Shown here one piece after another: positions 18,056 through 27,530 of a stretch of 58,524 nt of DNA. Position 1 is the first letter of the stretch. Every line of letters begins with the position of its first letter. A program made the translations under genes and the position numbers. The stretch lies in sequence record SRR20825006_221. One strand, given 5' to 3'. Below the pieces are notes generated by a model. That model had not been told where the DNA came from. It was given only the letters and a program-made list of their open reading frames with translations, and did no database searches.

Positions 18056-19099
18056 TTATACTTTTTCCTTTTCATTAAACAAATTCAACTTTTTAAGCCA
18101 AGCGGTTTTTCGTTCTAACAGCAATACATCAAAAACCAACAAAAATAATGCCCCAGCTAAAAACCACTGAAACTGATCTTTAAAATCAGTGAATTGCTTC
18201 GCCTCAAATTCTTTTTTGTCCATGCCGTTCAAAATGGCCTTAACTTCATCCACGACTACTTTGGTATTAGCACCGTCAATATAGGCACCATTGGCGGTTT
18301 GAGCAATTTCTTTAAGTGTTTCTTCCCCTAAACGAGTGATTACCTGCTCGTTGTTTTGATCGCGTTTGTAATATTGTAACACGCCATTTTCTTTAATAGG
18401 AATTGGCCCTCCATTTATAGTTCCTACACCAATAGTAAAAATGCGAACCCCATTATCTGCAGCTTCTTCGGCGATACTTGAAACATTTCCTTCGTGGTCT
18501 TCTCCGTCTGAAATGATAAAAAGTACCCGGTTTGTTTGGCCTTCATCATCATAAAAAGTTAGCGCCATATCAATTGCCTGCGTAATTGCAGTTCCTTGTG
18601 AAGAAACCATGTCAGTATTCATGCCGCTTAAAAATAGTTTTGCAGAAGAAAAATCTGTAGTAATTGGAACCTGCGGAAATGCGCTGCCAGCATAGCCAAT
18701 AATTCCAATTCTATCGCCAGCAAGGCTATTTATTATCTGGGTAATAAGTTGTTTTGATTTTTCCAAACGGTTTGGCGCAATGTCTTCAGCAAGCATACTT
18801 TTTGAAACATCTAGCGCAAAAACAATATCTACACCTTCACGTTTAACGGTTTCTAACTTGGTTCCAATTTTTGGGTTTACCAAAGCAAAACTTAAACACG
18901 CAATTGCCAAACAAAGCACAAAAATCTTTAAAATTGATTTGAAAAGCGACTGGTTTGGACTCAATTTTTTAAGCAATTCTTTATCCACAAACCGTTTTTG
19001 AACCGTTTTTTTCCAAAGTATAACCATTAGAAAAAGCACTACAAACACCGGTATGGCGAAGAGAATGTAAAAATATATGGGTTGCTCCAGTTGGTACAT
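18056..19099 (-). CDS. batB: BatB, VWA domain protein
   Basis: MIDAS DVSKS, PNRLE, ISDGEDH. Confidence 0.92.
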   Translation of the reverse strand: MYQLEQPIYFYILFAIPVFVVLFLMVILWKKTVQKRFVDKELLKKLSPNQSLFKSILKIFVLCLAIACLSFALVNPKIGTKLETVKREGVDIVFALDVSKSMLAEDIAPNRLEKSKQLITQIINSLAGDRIGIIGYAGSAFPQVPITTDFSSAKLFLSGMNTDMVSSQGTAITQAIDMALTFYDDEGQTNRVLFIISDGEDHEGNVSSIAEEAADNGVRIFTIGVGTINGGPIPIKENGVLQYYKRDQNNEQVITRLGEETLKEIAQTANGAYIDGANTKVVVDEVKAILNGMDKKEFEAKQFTDFKDQFQWFLAGALFLLVFDVLLLERKTAWLKKLNLFNEKEKV

Positions 19100-19102
19100 T
19101 TT

Positions 19103-19531
19103 TTATTCTTTATTGCTGTTTTTTAGTTTTATTATTTTGGTTTTCATATTCATTCTTTCAACAGAAAACGAATTGCTTTTTTCGTTTGCAAAATCAATCA
19201 TTAATAATAATTTCTTCGACAACTCATTTATTTCAATATTCAATTGAGCATTAAACTCTTCTGATTTTTGAATTGTTTGAAACATTAATTCTATTAATTT
19301 TTCAAGATGTACTTCATGAATATTTTTCACTTTTTCCATCAATTCTGAATCTTTGGTTTTTGAAATTTCTTTAAGCGATAAACCAAAATATCCGTCTAAT
19401 TTTTCATCCGATTCAGAAACTACAGTTTCAAAATTATTTATGTCTGCTGAAATTGTTTCACCAATCAATTTCGCTATTGCCATCGTTAACTTTTGGACTT
19501 CACGCTTCAAAAAATCATTTTCCTGTTCCAT
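19103..19531 (-). CDS. Hypothetical alpha-helical protein between batA and batB
   Basis: 142-aa ORF filling the gap with 3- and 20-nt spacers. Confidence 0.7.
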   Translation of the reverse strand: MEQENDFLKREVQKLTMAIAKLIGETISADINNFETVVSESDEKLDGYFGLSLKEISKTKDSELMEKVKNIHEVHLEKLIELMFQTIQKSEEFNAQLNIEINELSKKLLLMIDFANEKSNSFSVERMNMKTKIIKLKNSNKE

Positions 19532-19551
19532 TTCTTCGGGGGTTATGAACT

Positions 19552-20559
19552 TTACAAAAACCCACGGAAAACGGTTGTTCGCAACAAAAACTCAAATGCA
19601 ATTAAAATCAATGCGAAAATTGCCCATGGGCGAAACATTTCGTTATAATTTGTGTATTTAAATTCTTCGATATCCGTTTTCTCTAACTTGTTTATTTCTT
19701 CGTAAATTTCTTCTAGTTTCGTATTGCTCGTTGCTCGAAAATATTGACCACCCGTTTTTGCAGCGATTTCCTTTAGCAAAGTCTCGTCAATTTCCACTTG
19801 TACATTTCCGTATTGAAAACCACCGTCTGGGCGAATACCAATGGGCGACATTGCCATACCATTGCTTCCCAAACCAATGGTATATACTTTTATGCCAAAT
19901 TCCACTGCAAGCTCACTTGCTATTCTTGGGTCTATAAAGCCTGAGTTGTTAACCCCGTCGGTCAATAAAATGATAACTTTACTTTTGGCACGGCTTTCCT
20001 TCAAACGGTTTACAGCCGTTGCCAAACCTGAACCAATTGCTGTTCCGCCTTCAATGGTTGTATTGTAAACCATACTTTTTAGAGATGAAAGGACTATGGT
20101 TTTATCACTTGTTAAAGGGGTTCGGGTATAACTTTCTCCTGCATATTCCACCAAACCAATTCGGTCATTTGGGCGACTGCTTATAAAACGTGCGGCAACT
20201 GTTTTTAGGGCTTCCAAACGATTTGGTTTTAAATCGCGCGCAAGCATACTTGCAGAAAGATCCATTGCCATAACAATGTCTATTCCACGCGTAGTTTTTG
20301 TTTTTGTGGTTTCATCTACTGTACGCGGCCTTGCCATTGCCACGATTAATGCTGAAAGTGCCAAAAGGCGAAGTACAAACAAAAATGGTTTTAAGCGCGC
20401 TAGCCAGTTTTTTCCAGTTTTAAAACCGCTAATACTAGAAATTTTTAGTGATGCTGTTTGTTGTTTTCGTTTCCATAAATACCATAGCACAAGTGGTGGA
20501 AGTATTAGAAACAACCAGAAAAACTGCGGATTTACAAATTCGAAATTACTGCCCATCAT
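19552..20559 (-). CDS. batA: BatA, VWA domain protein
   Basis: MIDAS DLSAS, GTAIGSGL, LLTDGVNN; ATG 20559 preferred over 20574. Confidence 0.92.
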   Translation of the reverse strand: MMGSNFEFVNPQFFWLFLILPPLVLWYLWKRKQQTASLKISSISGFKTGKNWLARLKPFLFVLRLLALSALIVAMARPRTVDETTKTKTTRGIDIVMAMDLSASMLARDLKPNRLEALKTVAARFISSRPNDRIGLVEYAGESYTRTPLTSDKTIVLSSLKSMVYNTTIEGGTAIGSGLATAVNRLKESRAKSKVIILLTDGVNNSGFIDPRIASELAVEFGIKVYTIGLGSNGMAMSPIGIRPDGGFQYGNVQVEIDETLLKEIAAKTGGQYFRATSNTKLEEIYEEINKLEKTDIEEFKYTNYNEMFRPWAIFALILIAFEFLLRTTVFRGFL

Positions 20560-22213
20560 GCTCTGAAATTTCAAGTTCTATGGAATTGATAATACGTTCT
20601 TTTATTTTTTCGGCGTATTTGCCATCGTCTTGATATACAATCAAAACTTCTTGCAAACCATTTTGCTGTGCAAAGAGTAAGAGTTCATAAGTGCTTTTCT
20701 CTTTTAGAATTTTGTTGTCTGAAACCTGAACATTAAACTCGCCATAAGCTTTTAAACCTTTGATGCCTTTTTCGGTTTCAAAATCATCGCGTTTTACGAT
20801 TAAATTTTTAGCTCCACTTTGCTCAAGATCGTCCAAAACAGCATCTAAAGCAGTGTCTAATGCAATGTCTTGTTTTTGTGAAAACTGTATTGTTGAAACC
20901 ATAATATAAAGCGGTGTATTTTTTTCACCAAAAGTGAATACATCTCTAGCGCTTATAATGCTATTATCGGCATTTGTTTTAGGCATTTCGCCTCTAATAA
21001 GTACTTCGGGGGTTTCTAAAATTACGGCAGGGTTTCCGTATTCGCTATTTATCCAGCGTCCTTCGGAAAGCTCTCGGAGCTCATTGCCAAGAATTTTATC
21101 TTTTAAATTATCAAAACCAGAAATACTACCATAGATTATTGCCGACAAGATAATTGCAGCAAATACACCCGAAATTCCCAAAATCCATTTTTTGCGTTGG
21201 CGCTTTTTCTTAAGCTTTTCTAGGTGTTCTTGGTTTTTTAAAAGTTCCTCCTCGGTAGGTTCCGGAACGGCTTCATGGGTTTCGTTGATAATTTCTTCAA
21301 TAGTTTTTCTATCAACTTCCGCTTGCCCCGATTGTTGGCTCATTTTTGCAAATTTTACCAAATCGGCACGTTTAAAAATTTGATCTAACTTCCGAATCGT
21401 GTCCAAATCAAAATCAAAACTTCCAGCATCTTTGTGCATCATTAAACGACTAATAAGTTCGTCGCTGGTGCTTTCTAGCGCAGCTTCATCTACTTCACGG
21501 TCTAAATAACGCTTTACAATTTCAGTAAGATTACTATAATATTCTTTGCTTTTATTCTCCAGCAATAATTGTGAATTATCCAATTGTTTTAACGCTACAA
21601 TAGCTTCTTCATAAGGAGGTAATTGTTTTTCGGCAGCGTCTTTTCGTTTTTTTCTTCGGAATAAATAAAAGGCGATTGCAATAATCAATAAAACAGGAAG
21701 TAACCAGTATAAAAGCGATAACCAATCAAACGGCGGGCTTTTTACTTCCACCGCAGGTTTTATATCGAACATTTTCTGTTTTGTAGTATCTACAACCACA
21801 TCTGCAACTTCCACTTTTATGGAATCGGTTAAAAAAGGTTTGTTGTTGATGAAAATACGTTGCGGCGGAATGGTAAAATGACCACTATCAAACTGCGTTA
21901 ACCCGTATTTTTTAATGAGGCGGTATTTTGAAGCTTCAAATGTAGTGTCCATTTTATAGGACGTTATCATTTCTAAAGGCATAAAAGTTTGCTCTTCAGG
22001 AAAAACAACTACATCGGTTGAGTCTGCTTGAACGTTTATGGTGTATAGTATTTCTTCGCCAATTCTAATTTTTGTAGAATCGATTGAAGAGGTTACTTGG
22101 GCGTTAGCAAAAAAAGAAAAGAAGAATACGATTGCCGAAAAAAGTAAATATGAGTTGCCTTGAAAAATAAATTTTCGGTTTTTCTGATTACTATTTTGTC
22201 TAAAATCTAACAT
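20546..22213 (-). CDS. Bat-operon membrane protein (BatD-like N-terminus, DUF4381-like region)
   Basis: Signal peptide, DIKP plus TM, ALESTSDEL and ADLVKFAK; sits between DUF58 and batA. Confidence 0.75.
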   Translation of the reverse strand: MLDFRQNSNQKNRKFIFQGNSYLLFSAIVFFFSFFANAQVTSSIDSTKIRIGEEILYTINVQADSTDVVVFPEEQTFMPLEMITSYKMDTTFEASKYRLIKKYGLTQFDSGHFTIPPQRIFINNKPFLTDSIKVEVADVVVDTTKQKMFDIKPAVEVKSPPFDWLSLLYWLLPVLLIIAIAFYLFRRKKRKDAAEKQLPPYEEAIVALKQLDNSQLLLENKSKEYYSNLTEIVKRYLDREVDEAALESTSDELISRLMMHKDAGSFDFDLDTIRKLDQIFKRADLVKFAKMSQQSGQAEVDRKTIEEIINETHEAVPEPTEEELLKNQEHLEKLKKKRQRKKWILGISGVFAAIILSAIIYGSISGFDNLKDKILGNELRELSEGRWINSEYGNPAVILETPEVLIRGEMPKTNADNSIISARDVFTFGEKNTPLYIMVSTIQFSQKQDIALDTALDAVLDDLEQSGAKNLIVKRDDFETEKGIKGLKAYGEFNVQVSDNKILKEKSTYELLLFAQQNGLQEVLIVYQDDGKYAEKIKERIINSIELEISEHDGQ

Positions 22214-22232
22214 CTCAAGTCTAAAATCTATC
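22198..22232. repeat. Degenerate heptamer tandem repeat
   Basis: GTCTAAA ATCTAAC ATCTCAA GTCTAAA ATCTATC. Confidence 0.65.
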
Positions 22233-23091
22233 GTCTTTTAAAATAACCTAATAATTTTTTTACATAACTTTCATCAACCCTACAACTCAAGGCACCTGCG
22301 CCACTTTTGGTAAAGGTTTCAGTGAAATAATCCACACGTTCACGATGGTAACTATAATAGTGATTACGCACACTTTTGGAGCCTGTGTTTACTAAAAGAA
22401 GCTCGCCAGTTTCTTGATCTTGCATTTGCACCATTCCTAAATTTGGAATATTTTCTTCGGCTTTGTCATAAACTCTAATTCCGGTGAGGTCGTGCTTTCT
22501 AGCGGCAATTTTCAATGTATCTTTATAATCGGCTGCAATAAAATCTGAAAGCACAAAAACAATGGCTTTCTTTTTCATTACGTTGCTTAAAAATTTTAAT
22601 GCGTTGGCAAGATCTGTTTTATTGCTTTTTGGTTGAAATTCAATCAACTCACGAATAATTCGCAGTACATGCGATTTTCCTTTTTTCGGTGGAATATAAA
22701 GTTCTATTTCATCTGAAAAAAGAATCAATCCCGTTTTGTCGTTATTTTGCATTGCTGAAAAAGCCAAGGTTGCGGCTATTTCAGTAATAATTTCATTTTT
22801 GAACTGTTCTTGTGTTCCAAAAAATTCAGAACCACTTATATCTGCCATCAACATTAAAGTGAGTTCGCGCTCTTCTTCAAAAACTTTTACAAAAGGCTCG
22901 TTGTATCGCGCGGTAACATTCCAATCTATATTCCGAACGTCATCGCCAAATTGGTACTGACGCACTTCACTAAAGGTCATCCCGCGACCTTTAAACGTAC
23001 TATGATATTCGCCACCAAACACGTGATCGCTCAATCGGCGTGTTTTGATCTCGATTTTCCGTACTTTTTTAAGAAGTTCTTTTGTATCCAT
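22228..23091 (-). CDS. DUF58 family VWA-like protein
   Basis: FKGRGMTFSEVRQYQFGDDVRNIDWNVTAR and VLSDF. Confidence 0.92.
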   Translation of the reverse strand: MDTKELLKKVRKIEIKTRRLSDHVFGGEYHSTFKGRGMTFSEVRQYQFGDDVRNIDWNVTARYNEPFVKVFEEERELTLMLMADISGSEFFGTQEQFKNEIITEIAATLAFSAMQNNDKTGLILFSDEIELYIPPKKGKSHVLRIIRELIEFQPKSNKTDLANALKFLSNVMKKKAIVFVLSDFIAADYKDTLKIAARKHDLTGIRVYDKAEENIPNLGMVQMQDQETGELLLVNTGSKSVRNHYYSYHRERVDYFTETFTKSGAGALSCRVDESYVKKLLGYFKRR

Positions 23092-23100
23092 TTTGATTAA

Positions 23101-23174
23101 TTACGATATACGATTTTAGATTTATGAATTTTTAATTTGATAGGAATTCGTAAATCGGCATTCTAAAATCGTAA
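23101..23174. repeat. Inverted arrays of heptamer repeats
   Basis: TTACGAT ATACGAT TTTAGAT TTATGAA ... TTCGTAA ATCGGCA TTCTAAA ATCGTAA. Confidence 0.7.
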
Positions 23175-23177
23175 ATC

Positions 23178-24182
23178 CTATGGGACTTCAATTACGTTTA
23201 CAATCTTATTGATAATATCTTCGGAAGTAATATTTTCGGCTTCAGCTTCATAAGTAATACCGATTCTGTGGCGAAGTACATCGTGTACTACTGCGCGAAC
23301 ATCTTCAGGAACTACGTAGCCACGACGACGAATAAACGCATAACACTTTGCAGCAATTGCAAGGTTAATACTACCACGCGGGGAAGCACCAAAGTTTACA
23401 AGGGGTTTAATTTCTGAAAGACCAAAATTCTCTGGGGTTCTTGTTGCGAAAATTATATCTAGAATGTATTTTTCAATTTTTTCATCCATATAAACTTCAC
23501 GAACTGCAGCTTGAGCTCTTGTAATTTGCTCTATAGTTGCCACAGGATTCACTTGTTCATAGCTTCCTTTTAAATTTTGGCGCACAATAAGTTGCTCCTC
23601 AGCAATCTGTGGATATTTAATTACTGTTTTTAGCATAAAACGGTCAACCTGAGCTTCCGGTAAAGGATAGGTTCCTTCCTGTTCAATTGGGTTTTGTGTT
23701 GCCATTACTAAAAACGGCCTGTCAAGTTTAAAAGTAGTTTCCCCAATGGTAACTTGCTTTTCTTGCATCGCTTCCAAAAGTGCAGATTGTACTTTGGCTG
23801 GCGCACGGTTAATCTCATCTGCAAGCACAAAGTTGGCAAAAATAGGACCTTTCTTGATGCTAAAATCGTTCACTTTCATGTTATAGATCATCGTTCCCAC
23901 AACATCTGCAGGAAGTAAATCTGGCGTAAACTGTATTCGGCTAAAAGTTCCGTGAACTGCTTTAGAAAGTGTGTTGATGGCAAGCGTTTTTGCAAGCCCA
24001 GGAACACCTTCCAACAGAATGTGGCCTTGGCCTAAAAGCCCAATCATAAGCCGTTCCACCATGTGTTTTTGGCCTACAATTACTTTATTCATTTCCATTG
24101 AAAGAACATCCACAAAGGCACTTTCTCTTTCAATTTTCTCATTTAATGCCCCAATGTCAAAGGTCGAATTTGTGTTTTCCAT
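23178..24182 (-). CDS. moxR: MoxR family AAA+ ATPase
   Basis: LLEGVPGLAKT, RIQFTPDLLPAD, LADEINRAPAKVQSALLEAMQE; ATG 24182 preferred. Confidence 0.95.
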   Translation of the reverse strand: MENTNSTFDIGALNEKIERESAFVDVLSMEMNKVIVGQKHMVERLMIGLLGQGHILLEGVPGLAKTLAINTLSKAVHGTFSRIQFTPDLLPADVVGTMIYNMKVNDFSIKKGPIFANFVLADEINRAPAKVQSALLEAMQEKQVTIGETTFKLDRPFLVMATQNPIEQEGTYPLPEAQVDRFMLKTVIKYPQIAEEQLIVRQNLKGSYEQVNPVATIEQITRAQAAVREVYMDEKIEKYILDIIFATRTPENFGLSEIKPLVNFGASPRGSINLAIAAKCYAFIRRRGYVVPEDVRAVVHDVLRHRIGITYEAEAENITSEDIINKIVNVIEVP

Positions 24183-24396
24183 ACTATGATTTAGATTCAA
24201 TGTATATTTCTTTTTAAAAAGACGGTGCAAATTGAAAATTTATTGATAAAAACCCTGTTAACAATTGGTTAAATTAAAAAAGAGAAAAACTTAAAATTAT
24301 GGGGTACATTTTAAATTAATTTTATCTAACAACTTAGATCGCGATTTTTTGCTTTTAGAACCCTTTAGAAATAGTATTTTTAAAAAAAGTTTGAAA

Positions 24397-25152
24397 ATGA
24401 AAAATAAAACAGCAGTAATTACTGGAGCTACTTCAGGAATAGGTATGGCCACAGCAAGGCTTTTTGCGAAAAATGGATTAAAATTAGTGCTCTGCGGAAG
24501 AAGAGAAGATCGATTGAAAAAAATTTCTGAAGAACTTTCCAAAGTTACAAAAGTACACACACTAAATTTTGATGTGCGGAATAAAGAAGAAGTTTTTTCA
24601 AAATTACAGCAGCTGCCAGCTGAATTTTCAGAAGTCGATATTCTATTAAACAACGCTGGTAATGCCCATGGAATGGACACAATTGATGAAGGCGCTATAG
24701 AAGATTGGGATGCTATGCTAGACATTAATGTAAAAGGATTACTTTATGTGAGTAAAGCAATTCTTCCAAAAATGATTGAACGCAAAAGTGGGCATATTAT
24801 AAATATTGGAAGCACAGCTGGCAAAGAAGTGTACCCAAAAGGGAATGTGTATTGCGCCAGTAAACATGCTGTAGACGCCATAAACCAAGGCATGCGAATA
24901 GACCTTAACGGAAAAGGAATAAAAGTAGGCGCTATAAATCCAGGATTGGTTGAAACGGAATTTAGTGAAGTTCGTTTTAAAGGAGATTCAGCAAAAGCCG
25001 AAAAAGTGTATCAAGGTTTTACACCATTGAAACCTGAAGATATTGCAGATATCATTTGGTTTGCTGTAACGCGTCCGCCTCATGTAAATATTGCTGATTT
25101 AACAGTTATGTGTTTGGACCAAGCTTCTTCAACGATTGTAAATAAGAAATAA
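24397..25152 (+). CDS. Short-chain dehydrogenase (YdfG-like)
   Basis: TGATSGIG, NNAG, YCASK and PGLVETEFS; ATG 24397. Confidence 0.92.
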   Translation: MKNKTAVITGATSGIGMATARLFAKNGLKLVLCGRREDRLKKISEELSKVTKVHTLNFDVRNKEEVFSKLQQLPAEFSEVDILLNNAGNAHGMDTIDEGAIEDWDAMLDINVKGLLYVSKAILPKMIERKSGHIINIGSTAGKEVYPKGNVYCASKHAVDAINQGMRIDLNGKGIKVGAINPGLVETEFSEVRFKGDSAKAEKVYQGFTPLKPEDIADIIWFAVTRPPHVNIADLTVMCLDQASSTIVNKK

Positions 25153-26288
25153 TGATCAACAAACGCCTTTTAATTAAAAATTTACTCGCGCATAACGATG
25201 AGAGCAGTTTTTATGATAAAAAGCGAAAAATAGATCTTGGCACTAAAGAAGGGAAAGCAAAATTTTTAAAACACATTTGTGCACTCAGCAATAGCAATCC
25301 TTCAAACAATTCTTTTATTGTTATTGGTGTGGAAGACGAAACCAACGAGATTAGAGGCGTAGATTTTTTTGACGATAGTAAAATTCAAAATCTTGTAAAT
25401 GCATATCTCACAAATGCACCCTTGATTATTTATGAAAACGTTGCTTTTCCTAATTTGCCTTCAGATAAAGTGGTGGGTTTGGTGACCATTCGACCCAACG
25501 GGAAAATTACATCACTTCGGAAGAATATTTGGAAATATTGGGGCGGCTCAATTTTTCTTCGTGACGGAAGCATTTCAATGCCAAAAGATTTTGATATTGA
25601 AATAAAAGATGTGAATTCAGAAATCGTGAAATCCATTGAAAATGCTGCAAAAAATAATATTCAACATACACTAGACGGTGTGATGGATTTTACAAACAAC
25701 CGCCACAAAGACCTTGAAAGTCACTACAAAGTTTTTAAAGAGCAGTTTGTAGTTTGTTGGGCTGGAAATTATAAAAAAGTGAAGGGCAATTTATACTATT
25801 CTCGCGTAGATATTGAGCTTATCAACGAACAGGTGCGCCTTTTTTATTCTGCTTTAGATGAAATTAGCATCACTTTTACAGACGATTATTTTAAAACTGT
25901 GGAGTATGTTCATTTGGGTTTGAATGAACAGTTTAAATATTATCCGTTGGAAGAAATGACTATTCACTTTCAAGAAAATGGTTCGTATAAAATAGATTCT
26001 AAGCTTATTTTTGAGCCACCACAGTTCAACAAAAAAACGCTTTTTCATATTTATAATTCAAATAATACCATTTTAGAAAAACTGAAAAAGCACATTCCAC
26101 TTAATGCTTCCGAAGAAAGAGATTTACACAATTTGCCATCAACCTATCTTATTTGTTATTTGAATGATTTTGAAGAAGCAAAAGAAAAACTGCAAGAAGC
26201 AAAGGAATATTTGAAGCAATACAGCGCTGAAGCATATCAACTTTTAAAAGAATCGTTGCGGATTTTGAGGAAGGTAAGCTATAATTAA
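25152..26288 (+). CDS. AlbA_2 (Schlafen-like) domain protein with uncharacterised C-terminal domain
   Basis: E..FYDKK, KHICALSN, FIVIGVED..IRGV AlbA_2 pattern; TAATG overlap with the SDR. Confidence 0.75.
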   Translation: MINKRLLIKNLLAHNDESSFYDKKRKIDLGTKEGKAKFLKHICALSNSNPSNNSFIVIGVEDETNEIRGVDFFDDSKIQNLVNAYLTNAPLIIYENVAFPNLPSDKVVGLVTIRPNGKITSLRKNIWKYWGGSIFLRDGSISMPKDFDIEIKDVNSEIVKSIENAAKNNIQHTLDGVMDFTNNRHKDLESHYKVFKEQFVVCWAGNYKKVKGNLYYSRVDIELINEQVRLFYSALDEISITFTDDYFKTVEYVHLGLNEQFKYYPLEEMTIHFQENGSYKIDSKLIFEPPQFNKKTLFHIYNSNNTILEKLKKHIPLNASEERDLHNLPSTYLICYLNDFEEAKEKLQEAKEYLKQYSAEAYQLLKESLRILRKVSYN

Positions 26289-26346
26289 CCTTGGTTTCAA
26301 CCTAATTTTATATCTTTAAACTTCAATTTTTAAACTCACTGTAATT

Positions 26347-27483
26347 ATGGGCATTTTCGACAAAATTAAAGAAAAGCTAAGTCACGAATTTATTGACATT
26401 ATTGAATGGTTGGACTATACTCCAGATACTATTTGTCATCGTTTTGAACGTTACCAAAACGAAATAAAGAACGATGCAAAACTCATTGTACGCGAAGGGC
26501 AAACTGCTGTTTTTATCAATGAAGGGCAATTGGCAGATGTTTTTAAACCTGGAACATATACTTTAAACACTCAAAACCTTCCAATTTTAACAACTTTAAA
26601 AGGATGGAAATACGGTTTTAATAGTCCGTTTAAAGCTGAGGTTTATTTTGTGAATACACATCTTTTTACAGATGAAAAGTGGGGAACAAAAAACCCGATT
26701 ACACTGAGTGATGATCGTTTTGGTTTGGTTGAAATTCGTGCTTTTGGAAGCTATGCCTACAAAATAAATGATGCCGGAAAATTTATTGTTGATATTGTGG
26801 GAACAGACAATAACTTCACCAATTTTGAAATTAATGAACACCTAAAAAGCCTTATCGCCACACGATTTACAGATACTGTTGGCGAGGCAAAACTTCCTAT
26901 AGAATTGTACGCTGCTAATACAACAGAGCTTTCTGAAACTTGTAAAGAAGTGATGCAACCAGAGTTTAACAGTGTGGGAATTTCATTAGAAAAATTCTAC
27001 ATTGAAAATGTTTCAATGCCAGAAGATCTTAAAAAAGAAATCTTCGAGTACAGCCGAATTGACAAGTTAGATTTAGATAAGCTTACCAAGTTTAAAACTG
27101 CAAAAGCTATTGAAGCTGCAGCAGCAAATGAAGGCGGAACCGCTGGGGCTGGTATGGGCATGGGTATGGGCTTTGTGCTTGCACAACAAATGGGCGGTAT
27201 GATGAACCCGCAAATGGGGCAACAGCAAGTTCAACAACAACAGCAAGGTGGAATGATGCCACCGCCAATGCCTGCCGCAGTGCAGTATTTTTATGCTGCA
27301 AATGGCGCACAAGTTGGCCCTGTAGGATTCGAGCAATTACAGGCATTATTTGCAAATAGAACCGTAAACAAAGATACTTTGGTCTGGAAAGCTGGGTTGG
27401 CAGAGTGGACAGCACTCCAACAAATTGAGGAATTGAAATCATTTTTGGGAGGAAATACACCACCACCACTTCCACCGCAATAA
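26347..27483 (+). CDS. SPFH/band-7 protein (YdjI-like) with C-terminal GYF_2 domain
   Basis: LIVREGQTAVF, SPFKAEVYFVN, KWGTKNP, GAGMGMGMG; GP...LVWKAGLAEW GYF_2; PPPLPP tail. Confidence 0.85.
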   Translation: MGIFDKIKEKLSHEFIDIIEWLDYTPDTICHRFERYQNEIKNDAKLIVREGQTAVFINEGQLADVFKPGTYTLNTQNLPILTTLKGWKYGFNSPFKAEVYFVNTHLFTDEKWGTKNPITLSDDRFGLVEIRAFGSYAYKINDAGKFIVDIVGTDNNFTNFEINEHLKSLIATRFTDTVGEAKLPIELYAANTTELSETCKEVMQPEFNSVGISLEKFYIENVSMPEDLKKEIFEYSRIDKLDLDKLTKFKTAKAIEAAAANEGGTAGAGMGMGMGFVLAQQMGGMMNPQMGQQQVQQQQQGGMMPPPMPAAVQYFYAANGAQVGPVGFEQLQALFANRTVNKDTLVWKAGLAEWTALQQIEELKSFLGGNTPPPLPPQ

Positions 27484-27530
27484 CTGATTTATAATTTCTG
27501 AAATAACCATTCCTTCGGAAGAAAAACTTC

